DNA of 63,901 nt, counting the filler, from an uncultured bacterium (GTDB lineage: Bacteria; CAZSTA01), in NCBI GenBank assembly GCA_964609495.1. It is 3 parts of 3 records of this genome, joined end to end, with 100 filler letters (N's around TTAATTAATTAA, not from the genome) between each part and the next. Parts side by side here need not be neighbours in the genome. Positions count along the whole stretch, not along the records: positions 1 to 23,517 come from CAZSTA010000035.1; 2 more parts are not named here. One strand, written 5' to 3'. The notes beneath the pieces are model-generated. The model saw only the letters and a list, made by a program, of their open reading frames with translations. It made no database searches and was not told the origin of the DNA. How positions within the stretch are numbered: the first letter of the stretch is position 1; the number at the start of each line of letters is the position of its first letter. A program made the translations under genes and the position numbers. Below are positions 1 to 8,668 of the stretch, in pieces.

Positions 1-52
1 GAGGGTGTAATACAAAGTAAATTAGATCTCAGATCCCAGATTTTATATGCTT
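1..52 (-). repeat. Partial copy of the palindromic MITE/REP-like element (contig edge)
   Basis: Reverse complement of 1-52 matches 25961-26012 at 50/52 positions. Confidence 0.85.
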
Positions 53-145
53 CCTAAGATGACCGAGGTGGAAGATGGGAAGGCTTTCTTTGAGATCGAG
101 TTCAAGCCTAATGAGGTGAAGGAGATAGATGTTATCCTGAGTTGA
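47..145 (+). pseudogene. Probable C-terminal fragment of a gene truncated by the repeat
   Basis: Reads MLPKMTEVEDGKAFFEIEFKPNEVKEIDVILS*; looks like a protein C-terminus; upstream frame is closed by stops inside the repeat; no RBS. Confidence 0.4.
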
Positions 146-163
146 GGTTGATATTTATCTCAA

Positions 164-188
164 CAAGCGGAATTATATTCATTTCAAC
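164..188 (+). repeat. 25-bp direct repeat, copy 1 (downstream of the MTase gene)
   Basis: caagcggaattatattcatttcaac; 23/25 identical to 1741-1765. Confidence 0.8.
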
Positions 189-216
189 CAGCACTCTAAG
201 AATAGGAGAGAGAGGC

Positions 217-1692
217 TTACAGCAATTCCAATATCTCAAAAGGAGGATCCCCCTTACGCTTACGCTCAGCTTTCCTAAACGTCCCCATCCCCTGCCTAGG
301 ATATTCTAGCCGTTTCCCCGCCAGCAGCTCTTCGATGGTGAGAATTTGCAACCGAGGGAAACGACAGTCAGGATACTTTTTAGGTTCGTAAAACCCAGAT
401 GAAACAGCTTCTTCCCGCATTGGCCGGGTTGGTTCTCCCAACGTAATGAAGGCTCCAATCGCCGCTCCTTCCCGCTCTAATACCCCTTTGAGATCCCGTA
501 TCTGACTTACTGTAACGCGACCGCTCTTAACCTGAACGATTACTTTCTTAGCCTTTTTGGTGTCATCATCGAAAAAGTATATGTAACCATCTATGCCTCT
601 ATCAGCACCTTTCTTCTGCTTATCTACTGGTCGGGCGTCGATCAAGCCAAGAGCCCACCATTCAAACTGGTAAGGGCTTTGTTTTGCCAGAGCTTCGGCG
701 CTTCGCAAGTCCTCCGGGTCGCCGATAACCTTATATGGTGACAGATCTGGCCCGAAAGCGTCCTCTAGTCGGTGCTTTATAAGGGTAATAGCCAGGTGAG
801 TGATGTCTATACCTATCCAGTGGCGGTTAAGCCGTTCCGCCATGGCCACCGTGGTGCCACAGCCACAGAAGGGATCGAGGATAATATCCCCTTCATTGCT
901 ACTGGCTTTGATGATACGCTCCAGAAGAGCCTCGGGCTTCTGGGTTGGATAGCCAAGTCGCTCTGCTGGAGATATATGCCCGCCAGACGGAATGTCAACC
1001 CAGAAATCTTCCGGGATCTTCCCCCGCCTCAGGTAATTCTTCCTCGTCTCCTCATCCTGAAGTTTGCCAGTTGTCCCCCAGATCGCCGCCGACCTGCCCT
1101 TATCTGTGTGAAGTTCCCTGTAGGGGATGCGGATCGCCTCGGCGTTGAATGCCCATGTGTCACCCTTTGAGTAGCGAAGTAGCACGTCGTGCTTCTTCGG
1201 GAATGTCTTTGCTGCGCCAGATGGCCCTGTGTAGCACCAAACGATCTCATTCCGAAAGTTTGCCAGTCCAAATACAGCATCCATGAGCAGATTCAGGTAG
1301 TGACTCGCTGTCGGATCACAATGCAGATAGATTGAGCCTGTAGATCTCAGCACCCGATGCAACTCCACTAACCGAATCGCCATCATAACCAGGTAAGCCA
1401 TCATATCATTACTGCCTAAAAACTGGCGCAGTGCCTGCAATAGGTCAGCTACCTTCTTCGGTCCTCGTATTACCACCTCGTGGTAGGTCCCCTCCGCCTT
1501 CATGTCCCAATGCCAAGTATCCTCGAAGGCGGTTATCTGTGCACCATTGGCCTCTTTATAAAGCACGTTATAGCTGGCTTTGGAGTTGAAAGGCGGATCC
1601 AGGTAGATCATGTCCACGCTCTCATCGGCAATATACTCCCTCATTATATCTAAGTTATCTCCAAAGTAGAGTTTGTTCTCCCAATTATCCAT
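217..1692 (-). CDS. Beta-class N6/N4 DNA methyltransferase with C-terminal Mrr-like endonuclease domain
   Basis: DPPF catalytic motif precedes LDPFCGCGTT SAM motif; YPTQKPEALL; C-terminal GADRGIDG...IVQVKSG (Mrr-like PD-(Q)xK); RBS gaggag. Confidence 0.9.
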   Translation of the reverse strand: MDNWENKLYFGDNLDIMREYIADESVDMIYLDPPFNSKASYNVLYKEANGAQITAFEDTWHWDMKAEGTYHEVVIRGPKKVADLLQALRQFLGSNDMMAYLVMMAIRLVELHRVLRSTGSIYLHCDPTASHYLNLLMDAVFGLANFRNEIVWCYTGPSGAAKTFPKKHDVLLRYSKGDTWAFNAEAIRIPYRELHTDKGRSAAIWGTTGKLQDEETRKNYLRRGKIPEDFWVDIPSGGHISPAERLGYPTQKPEALLERIIKASSNEGDIILDPFCGCGTTVAMAERLNRHWIGIDITHLAITLIKHRLEDAFGPDLSPYKVIGDPEDLRSAEALAKQSPYQFEWWALGLIDARPVDKQKKGADRGIDGYIYFFDDDTKKAKKVIVQVKSGRVTVSQIRDLKGVLEREGAAIGAFITLGEPTRPMREEAVSSGFYEPKKYPDCRFPRLQILTIEELLAGKRLEYPRQGMGTFRKAERKRKGDPPFEILELL

Positions 1693-1740
1693 GTTACATA
1701 ATTACTCCTCAACATCTGTTACAAATTCGTTTCAATTCCT

Positions 1741-1765
1741 CAAGCGGAATTATATCTATTTCAAC
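1741..1765 (+). repeat. 25-bp direct repeat, copy 2 (upstream of the MTase gene; contains minus-strand TATAAT)
   Basis: caagcggaattatatctatttcaac. Confidence 0.8.
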
Positions 1766-1837
1766 TATATCCACTTCTACATAATATCATACAATAGATT
1801 TTTTTCAAGTATTAAAATTCAATTTTTATGAAAGATT

Positions 1838-2743
1838 TCACCCTCCTTGCCCATCTATCCTCCTGATCGCTCTATGATAGGGAGCGTAATCGAGGCTTGG
1901 CCTTGGATCGAAGGTGAGATATACCTCGATCATCCCATCGCGATGCTTTCTCTTCGTTCTGGCTTCGAGCAACATCTCTATAACCTTCTGCTGAGATTCG
2001 AACTTATTCAAAGCCTCCGCTATAGCCTGCTCCACACTGAAGTTAGCTTTGATAACCCTATTCGCTCGCAAGCTGGTATCTCTTCCTGTAACTAGAGCAT
2101 CCTCGGGCGATAGATCTCCCCAAACCGCGTATTGGATCATCGACCTCAAGGGATCCGCATCTCCCCATTCAGCCAATATCTTATCGCCGATCTGAGGGCC
2201 ATCATAAGCGGCTATTCTGAATACTCCCTCGTGATCTATATGCTCTCGATAGCCATTGGGGATGACGAGCCTCGTTATCCTCTTCTTTCGCATAATCGGG
2301 ATCGTCTTGGAGAAGGTCCCTTCTCCTCCGCTGGGCAGATACCAGCCGATATAGGGAGGAACGCTGAAATCAGCATAATTGAATCTGATGATATCATCCC
2401 TATCGATTCCCAGCGATTCATAGGCTGAGGTTGATTCCTCGATCCTCCGCTCCACGATGGTAGCCTTCTCCTCGGGAGTGCTATATCCTGCCCGCCCATC
2501 GCAGAAGATGAATATATATACCTTTGCAGAATTTGCCTTAGCCGCTAGGAGGGAGTATCCTGCCCCCAGGATCCCATCATCATCGTGGGGGCAGAAGATA
2601 GCGACTCTCTCATCTCCATCCCTCCAATTGGGAAAGAGGAGAGATATATCAGAACATCTCAAATTATTTCTAAGATCATAATAACAGAAATCTGCCTTAG
2701 TTATCACTCTATATCGGTCCCTTCTATACAGTTCACTCCTCAA
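1838..2743 (-). CDS. PIG-L/LmbE-family deacetylase
   Basis: CPHDDD and HIDH metal-binding motifs, RIEES; start overlaps the dhaL stop. Confidence 0.8.
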   Translation of the reverse strand: MRSELYRRDRYRVITKADFCYYDLRNNLRCSDISLLFPNWRDGDERVAIFCPHDDDGILGAGYSLLAAKANSAKVYIFIFCDGRAGYSTPEEKATIVERRIEESTSAYESLGIDRDDIIRFNYADFSVPPYIGWYLPSGGEGTFSKTIPIMRKKRITRLVIPNGYREHIDHEGVFRIAAYDGPQIGDKILAEWGDADPLRSMIQYAVWGDLSPEDALVTGRDTSLRANRVIKANFSVEQAIAEALNKFESQQKVIEMLLEARTKRKHRDGMIEVYLTFDPRPSLDYAPYHRAIRRIDGQGG

Positions 2744-3374
2744 GGGCTTCCTTCATAGCTCGAAAGATGAGATATATCGAGGTTGCTCCTGCATCCTCAT
2801 ATCCCAAGACGCGCTCCCCTAGATATACGCTTCGCCCCTTCTTAGCGACCAGCCCTTTAGTCGCTTCGACCCCTTTCTCCGCGGCAATAGTCGCCCTTTC
2901 TAAAGCCTCCTCCAGGGATAAACCTTCCTCCGAGGCCTTTTCTAGAGCCATCACCGCTGGCTCGAGGGAATCGACCATCGTCCTATCGCCGACTTGGGCG
3001 CCACCTCTGGTTTTTACCCCCTCCAGACCGCTTTTGAAGGCCGAAGCGAAATCCTCCAATCCAATCTCGGTCTTGCCAGCTAATACTCTGCTTCCATTGT
3101 AAAAGATCGTGCCGAAGAGAGGACCGGTCGCTCCTCCTATGGTCGATATCAAGGTCATTCCCACCATCTTGAAGAAAGCTCCTAGATCGTTGTTATCATA
3201 TCTCTCCATCTTATTCATCACTGCGCTGAAGCCCCGATGCATCCCTACCCCGTGATCTCCATCTCCAGCGACCGCATCGAGTTCGGATAACATCTCCTTG
3301 TTCTCATCTATCCTCTTGGCTATGTGAGAGACCATCTTCCTTAGATCTTCGATATCAAGGCTTGAGTGGGACAT
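2733..3374 (-). CDS. dhaL: Dihydroxyacetone kinase subunit DhaL (DAK2)
   Basis: LDAVAGDGDHG, GGATGPLFG, GDRTMVD, AKKGRS motifs; start moved to ATG 3374 after RBS aaaggagg. Confidence 0.92.
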   Translation of the reverse strand: MSHSSLDIEDLRKMVSHIAKRIDENKEMLSELDAVAGDGDHGVGMHRGFSAVMNKMERYDNNDLGAFFKMVGMTLISTIGGATGPLFGTIFYNGSRVLAGKTEIGLEDFASAFKSGLEGVKTRGGAQVGDRTMVDSLEPAVMALEKASEEGLSLEEALERATIAAEKGVEATKGLVAKKGRSVYLGERVLGYEDAGATSIYLIFRAMKEALEE

Positions 3375-3396
3375 CTCACTTCCTCCTTTCCCAGCG

Positions 3397-4410
3397 CTAA
3401 CTCTTGCCCATCTTGACATAGGCTGGACAATCGGCTGGCGCATCGTAGTATCGCTTCAACTCATCATCAATCCTCATCAGCGTTAAGGAACATCCCGCCA
3501 TCTCCTGGGAGGTGCAAAAGTTTCCAATCTCAGTGGCGTAAACCTTTATTCCCATATCCTTGAACATAGCTCGAGCTTTGCGGTTGATGATGAACATCTC
3601 CATCAAGGTGGTCGAGCCATAGCCGTTGATGAGAAAGATGATCTCATCTCCACTCTTGAAGGGCAGATCTTCAACGATACGATTGATCATCAGCTCTGTG
3701 GTCTCATCTGCGCTCATCAGCTTCATCCTTTGGACTCCCTTCTCACCGTGCAATCCCATCCCCACCTCCATCTCATCATCTCCGATCTCGAAGGTGGGCT
3801 GACCAGTTGCGGGGATAGTGCAAGGAGTCAGAGCTACTCCTAAGGAGCGAGAATTATCCACCGCCTTCTTGATAACCCGCTTTACCTCCTCGAAGGCTAC
3901 CATCGTCTCCGCTACCGCACCCGCGGTCTTGATGACCAATAGATCGGCGGTAGTTCCCCTTCGCTCGGTCTCCCGGCCCTTGGGAGCTGAGGCGATATCG
4001 TCATAGATCAGGATAGTATCTATCTGGATTCCCTCATCTTGGGCCATCTCTTGAGCCATATCGAAGTTAAGGCGATCTCCAGTATAATTATTATAGAGAA
4101 ATATCACGCCAGCTCCTCCATCAGCAGCTCGAGCCGCCTCCAGGGCTAGATCGGGAGATGGAGCCGCGAAGATATTCCCATGAGCTATCGTATCGGCCAT
4201 ACCCTTTCCGATACAGCCTAGGAAGAGGGGTTCATGCCCGCTTCCGCCACCTATGACGATCCCCACCTTGCCCTCGATGGGAGCGTCCTTCCTAGCTACA
4301 ACGTTTAGATCCCCTATCCTTTTGACCCTATCGGAGTAGGCTAGGACAAAGCCCTCCACCAGTTCATCAGTGACCTCATAGGGATCATTGATCAACTTCT
4401 TCATCGCCAT
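3397..4410 (-). CDS. dhaK: Dihydroxyacetone kinase subunit DhaK (DAK1)
   Basis: GGGSGHEP, NYTGDRLNF, GMGLHGEKG motifs. Confidence 0.93.
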   Translation of the reverse strand: MAMKKLINDPYEVTDELVEGFVLAYSDRVKRIGDLNVVARKDAPIEGKVGIVIGGGSGHEPLFLGCIGKGMADTIAHGNIFAAPSPDLALEAARAADGGAGVIFLYNNYTGDRLNFDMAQEMAQDEGIQIDTILIYDDIASAPKGRETERRGTTADLLVIKTAGAVAETMVAFEEVKRVIKKAVDNSRSLGVALTPCTIPATGQPTFEIGDDEMEVGMGLHGEKGVQRMKLMSADETTELMINRIVEDLPFKSGDEIIFLINGYGSTTLMEMFIINRKARAMFKDMGIKVYATEIGNFCTSQEMAGCSLTLMRIDDELKRYYDAPADCPAYVKMGKS

Positions 4411-4432
4411 TTTTATCCCCCCTATTTTAATC

Positions 4433-4463
4433 GAGCGGACTATTCGCTTGGAACAGTCCGCTC
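4433..4463. terminator. Intergenic hairpin
   Basis: gagcggact...agtccgctc inverted repeat. Confidence 0.5.
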
Positions 4464-4488
4464 AAAATTCTTCCTTATTCAATCTTCA

Positions 4489-5802
4489 TTACTTAGTTCT
4501 TCTCCAGATAAACACTCCTAATCCAGCGATAAGCGGTATCAATGAGGGAAGCAGATAGACGGACTTACTCTCCCTGATCTTCACTAGCCTTAGCTCTCGC
4601 TCACTTCCAGGGAGCACCTCTTTAGTCTTCGGATCCACTAACCTCAGCGTATAGCCACCGCCGCTCATATCTAGGGCTAGCTTATAAGCGATCAAGGAGG
4701 GGCTTCTCCCCATCATATTCGGATCCTCAGGATTGTAATCGACTACATTATATCCCAAAGCCGCTCCCGGAATCTGCGCCACCATATAGGGCATCTCGTG
4801 AATGGTCTTTACAACCTTTCCTCCTTGCAACAACTGTAAAGTTAAAGCTCCTTTTTGCTCTATATTAACCCATCTATAGCGCTCTGCACTACCCGGATTT
4901 TGGGGATCGAGTAACTTAGCGTAGTAGAGATCGACATACTCGTTCTGCTGAAAGGGGCGGAAGTATAGGACAGGTTTTCCCTCCACATACACATACATTA
5001 TATCGCTGGGATTGGACCAAGTATCCCGGCGAGTCCAACGCTCCTCGGGGATAACTTCAAGACCAATTCCCCCCATTCTTCTTGCCGAAAAGACGACGAT
5101 ATTCTTCTCGCTACCCTCTATTATCGTTCCATCGTTCGCTCTCAGCCTTATCTGGTAAGTTCCCTCATCGAGATCTAGGATGAAAGCCTGTTGAGGAGGC
5201 ATCACATAGAACTCCGGTCGAGGAGGCTCCTCCGGTATCTCCGGCTCCTCGGGAGGTGGCTCTCCCTCCTCCCTAGCTTTCATCACCTCTTGGCTATACT
5301 TTACCATCTTCTCTCGATATTCCACCATTAGCTCTTGGACCTTAGTATAGTACTCATTTACAGCTTCCTGATATTCTACGAATTTATCCTCCGCTTCCTT
5401 ATCTAAGAGAACCTGGATATGACCTTCGTAATATCCCGCGGCATAGAACATCGAATAGGTTCTCTCCTCTAGGGTCTCAATGACCTTTCCGCCCTTCATA
5501 AGCTCGATCTTTCCCTCTACTAGTTCACTTAGCTTCTGCAACCCAACCATATACTTATCTAAAGCCTCCGAGAAAACTCCCACGGTCATCACCGGAAGGA
5601 GTATAACCGGATGCCCGGCGATGAAGAACATAGTATCTTGATTCTCCGGACAGAAGGTGTTATTGTAAGTCTTTCCATCAAAGGTATTTATGGAATACGT
5701 CAATATCTCCTCCTGTATGGTTTGTCCTTGAGCCATAGCTGGAGAGCAGAGCGGGAACGATGCTAGAAGGACGAGAACTAATATCCTCCAAAATCTTTTC
5801 AT
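4489..5802 (-). CDS. Exported protein with C-terminal membrane anchor, unknown function
   Basis: Signal peptide (AMA-Q), central coiled-coil/Pro-Glu segment, C-terminal TM followed by WRRTK. Confidence 0.75.
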   Translation of the reverse strand: MKRFWRILVLVLLASFPLCSPAMAQGQTIQEEILTYSINTFDGKTYNNTFCPENQDTMFFIAGHPVILLPVMTVGVFSEALDKYMVGLQKLSELVEGKIELMKGGKVIETLEERTYSMFYAAGYYEGHIQVLLDKEAEDKFVEYQEAVNEYYTKVQELMVEYREKMVKYSQEVMKAREEGEPPPEEPEIPEEPPRPEFYVMPPQQAFILDLDEGTYQIRLRANDGTIIEGSEKNIVVFSARRMGGIGLEVIPEERWTRRDTWSNPSDIMYVYVEGKPVLYFRPFQQNEYVDLYYAKLLDPQNPGSAERYRWVNIEQKGALTLQLLQGGKVVKTIHEMPYMVAQIPGAALGYNVVDYNPEDPNMMGRSPSLIAYKLALDMSGGGYTLRLVDPKTKEVLPGSERELRLVKIRESKSVYLLPSLIPLIAGLGVFIWRRTK

Positions 5803-6629
5803 CCTTTTACCCCCTTTCTTTGGAGGGAGAACATAGACAACCCCAAAAATATCGCTGAAAGAACGACATAAAAGGCGGTATTAATGAGATATATTCGTCC
5901 ACTTCCTAAGGAGATAGCATCCATCCCTCTTGTGAAGTAATAGTAAGGGGATACCCACTTAGTGATATTCAGCAAAACCTCTAGGGTATCACGAATGTAG
6001 GCTAGAGAGGATGAGGCGGCTAACTTCATCCCATCTAGGACGGTATAGGAGAGTTGAATAGCCACCAGTCCTAACATAACTCCTAGGAACACAAGCACAG
6101 TGTTTCTCACATTATTGGTCAAGGTTGAAAGTAACACCCCAAAGCTGATCATATAGGAGGCTAAGAATAGGGATAGAATAAGCGTCTGGACGAATCCAAA
6201 CGATATACCTAGGTTGGTCAAAAGGGAAAACGCGATGAAGTAGAGAACAAAAAACGCGGCTATGATCAGAAACTCTAAGATGCCCTTTAGATATTTGCCC
6301 AATATGAAGGATAGATAATTAATCGGCCCATAGAACAAAACCTCGATAGTGTTCCGATCCTTCTCTCGAGCGATGGATAGGGAGGCAGCTATAGCTAGAT
6401 AGATCGAGGAGATCCCCATCGCCAGAAATAGAGGGGCATCTAGGGGGCTGGAGGTTATTAGGATTCTATCTTCCTGGACTCCACCCAGATAATTCTTTAG
6501 GAAATAGTAGATTATCACCATAGTTCCGAACATCGTTAGGTAAAGACCTAAACCATATACACTAGATCTTAACTCTCGCCTAGCCAAGATCCAGATAGTT
6601 CGCCATTTTCTGTGGCCTGTGACAGCCAT
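5799..6629 (-). CDS. ABC-2 type transporter permease
   Basis: ILARRELR N-terminus, SIAREKDRNTIEVL, ILGKYL; about 6 TM helices. Confidence 0.85.
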   Translation of the reverse strand: MAVTGHRKWRTIWILARRELRSSVYGLGLYLTMFGTMVIIYYFLKNYLGGVQEDRILITSSPLDAPLFLAMGISSIYLAIAASLSIAREKDRNTIEVLFYGPINYLSFILGKYLKGILEFLIIAAFFVLYFIAFSLLTNLGISFGFVQTLILSLFLASYMISFGVLLSTLTNNVRNTVLVFLGVMLGLVAIQLSYTVLDGMKLAASSSLAYIRDTLEVLLNITKWVSPYYYFTRGMDAISLGSGRIYLINTAFYVVLSAIFLGLSMFSLQRKGVKG

Positions 6630-7346
6630 TTAGTATTCCTCCTTCTCGAACTTTAAAGATACTTCACTATCAACATACTCGAATTCTCCCTGACCAGGAA
6701 CTTCGAGCACGGCATCCAAGACCGCATATTTTGCCTCGCTATCCTGGGGGAGCATAATCCTGCTTCTAGGAATAAACCCTTTATTCTTCTCCAGAAACGC
6801 GGTTGGATCCCAATGTAGCTCTATCTCACCATCGTAGATCAAATCACCCCTGGTGAAGTCCTCTTCCTCCCCCTCTTTGACATATAATTTGCCGGTGAGC
6901 TTCAAAGGGAGGGCGGGGAATTTATCTATACCCTTCTCTTGAGAGTTGACGAAGCGAATAATTATCCCTATTCCTCCGGGACCTTCTGCATCTCCCCAGA
7001 TTATGACCCTCTTAAGATCGGGGATCTCCTTTCCCACCATCTCTATATTTAGCTCATTTACTCCTGTTTTAACTTCGATTTGTTTCTCGAAGGGGTTGTA
7101 GTTAGGAGCAATAGCGGTGAGCTTATAGGTTCCTGGGGGAATTTTGGTCAGATGATACCTCTTAGCGAGATACCTTATAGTGGACCTATCTGCGGTGGAG
7201 ATAGCTACATCGGGGACGTGATCCTTACTTAATATATCAACTATAGTTCCCTCAATAGTTCCGTATTTCTCCCCTCCTATGATAAGGGGGGTGATGAAAA
7301 CTATAGCTAACACTATCACTATCGCTATGATCACAATCTTCCTCAT
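6630..7346 (-). CDS. Membrane-anchored carboxypeptidase-regulatory-like (beta-sandwich) domain protein
   Basis: N-terminal TM; GTIEGTIVD...PPGTYKLTA pattern; RBS ggagg. Confidence 0.7.
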   Translation of the reverse strand: MRKIVIIAIVIVLAIVFITPLIIGGEKYGTIEGTIVDILSKDHVPDVAISTADRSTIRYLAKRYHLTKIPPGTYKLTAIAPNYNPFEKQIEVKTGVNELNIEMVGKEIPDLKRVIIWGDAEGPGGIGIIIRFVNSQEKGIDKFPALPLKLTGKLYVKEGEEEDFTRGDLIYDGEIELHWDPTAFLEKNKGFIPRSRIMLPQDSEAKYAVLDAVLEVPGQGEFEYVDSEVSLKFEKEEY

Positions 7347-7555
7347 TTAAAGTTACCCTCCTCCTTTCATTTGGTTTATATCCTTCTTCCCTTTCAAACT
7401 AAGCTTGTATTATAGAACCTTATTCTTAATTCCACCGCTATATTATAGCACAAATATCGAAGTTATGCAAGTGCAGTTGACAAAGAGCGAGAAATAATAT
7501 ATAATTGTTATCACATTATAGTTGCGATCAGTTGGTATTCAAAGGAACTAGGAAT

Positions 7556-7945
7556 TTGGGTCCAAAGAATGATAAAAAGGGTAGTTCTCGTCTAATAGAA
7601 GGTTTTGTTATCTTACTAGCCTTCCAATTAGCGGGAACTATCATCTCCGATAAATTGCAGATTCCCATCCCTGGTAATGTGTTAGGTCTAGGTTTTATCA
7701 CCATCAGCTTGATAGCTGGAATCGTAAAATTGGAGTGGGTGGATGAAGCGGCAACTCTATTGGTTAATAACTTAGCTCTATTCCTAATTCCAGCCGGAGT
7801 GGGAATTATGGAATACTTCGATTTAATAGCTAAAGAATGGCTTCCTATATCATTAAGCGTTATTCTTAGCACCTTAGCGGTGCTATTAGTAACGGCTAAG
7901 GTTACGGAAGCCTTGCAGAATAGAGGGAGCGATGATGAGCGATAG
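7556..7945 (+). CDS. cidA: CidA/LrgA holin-like protein
   Basis: PIPGNVLG, LFLIPAGVG motifs; paired with lrgB. Start uncertain: ORF-track start 7505 overlaps the TTGACA-17-TATAAT promoter at 7477-7505. Confidence 0.85.
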   Translation: MGPKNDKKGSSRLIEGFVILLAFQLAGTIISDKLQIPIPGNVLGLGFITISLIAGIVKLEWVDEAATLLVNNLALFLIPAGVGIMEYFDLIAKEWLPISLSVILSTLAVLLVTAKVTEALQNRGSDDER

Positions 7946-8621
7946 AACTCTTCTCTACGTAACTCTAACGCTATTCGCCTTCAGCATAGGAAAGCTCATT
8001 AATCGTAAAACTGGCTCTTTCCTGGCTAATCCTATTTTAATAGCGATAGCTATAGTCATAATAGTGCTTAAACTTCTTCAAGTCAACTATAGCGGATATA
8101 AGCAACACGGTGGAGATCTGATCAGCTTCTTCCTAGGGCCAGCAGTGGTAGCTTTAGGCATACCTCTCTATAAACAGATCAGGATTATATCCAAAAATGT
8201 AAGGGCTATTGCGGTCGGGATAATTGCCGGATGTATAACCGGGATAATAACCGCTGCGGGAGTAGCCAAATTGCTTGCCGCCGAAGGAAGGACGATCTTG
8301 ACCCTAGCTCCAAAATCGGTAACTACTCCCATCGCAATGGGCATAACTGAGAAGTTGGGAGGTATCCCATCTTTAACTGCAGTCGTGGTGATCATCACGG
8401 GGATCTTGGGAGCGCTCTTCGCCCCGGAGATATTAAGGTTGGCAGGGGTAAAGAGTCGTCTAGCTATTGGATTAGCGATAGGAACTGCCTCCCACGTCAT
8501 TGGCACCTCCCGCGCTTTTCAGATAGATGAGTTGGTGGGGGCGGTGAGCGGAATGGCTATCGGGTTGAATGGTATAACAACTGCGATATTAGCCCCTATT
8601 CTGGTTAAGCTATTTCAGTGA
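7932..8621 (+). CDS. lrgB: LrgB/CidB family protein
   Basis: FFLGPAVVALGIPLY, APKSVTTPIAM, GTASHVIGT. Confidence 0.92.
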   Translation: MMSDRTLLYVTLTLFAFSIGKLINRKTGSFLANPILIAIAIVIIVLKLLQVNYSGYKQHGGDLISFFLGPAVVALGIPLYKQIRIISKNVRAIAVGIIAGCITGIITAAGVAKLLAAEGRTILTLAPKSVTTPIAMGITEKLGGIPSLTAVVVIITGILGALFAPEILRLAGVKSRLAIGLAIGTASHVIGTSRAFQIDELVGAVSGMAIGLNGITTAILAPILVKLFQ

Positions 8622-8668
8622 TCGTGACTAAGGTGAGTCCAAGACCTATATATTTAGGAGGTATATGG

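Noticed and set aside
1691-1800. Weak Xer-like arms near the MTase start (atgttacataa, cttctacataa)
   Set aside because: No correctly spaced partner arm; they overlap the start codon and promoter and are plausible by chance in AT-rich DNA.
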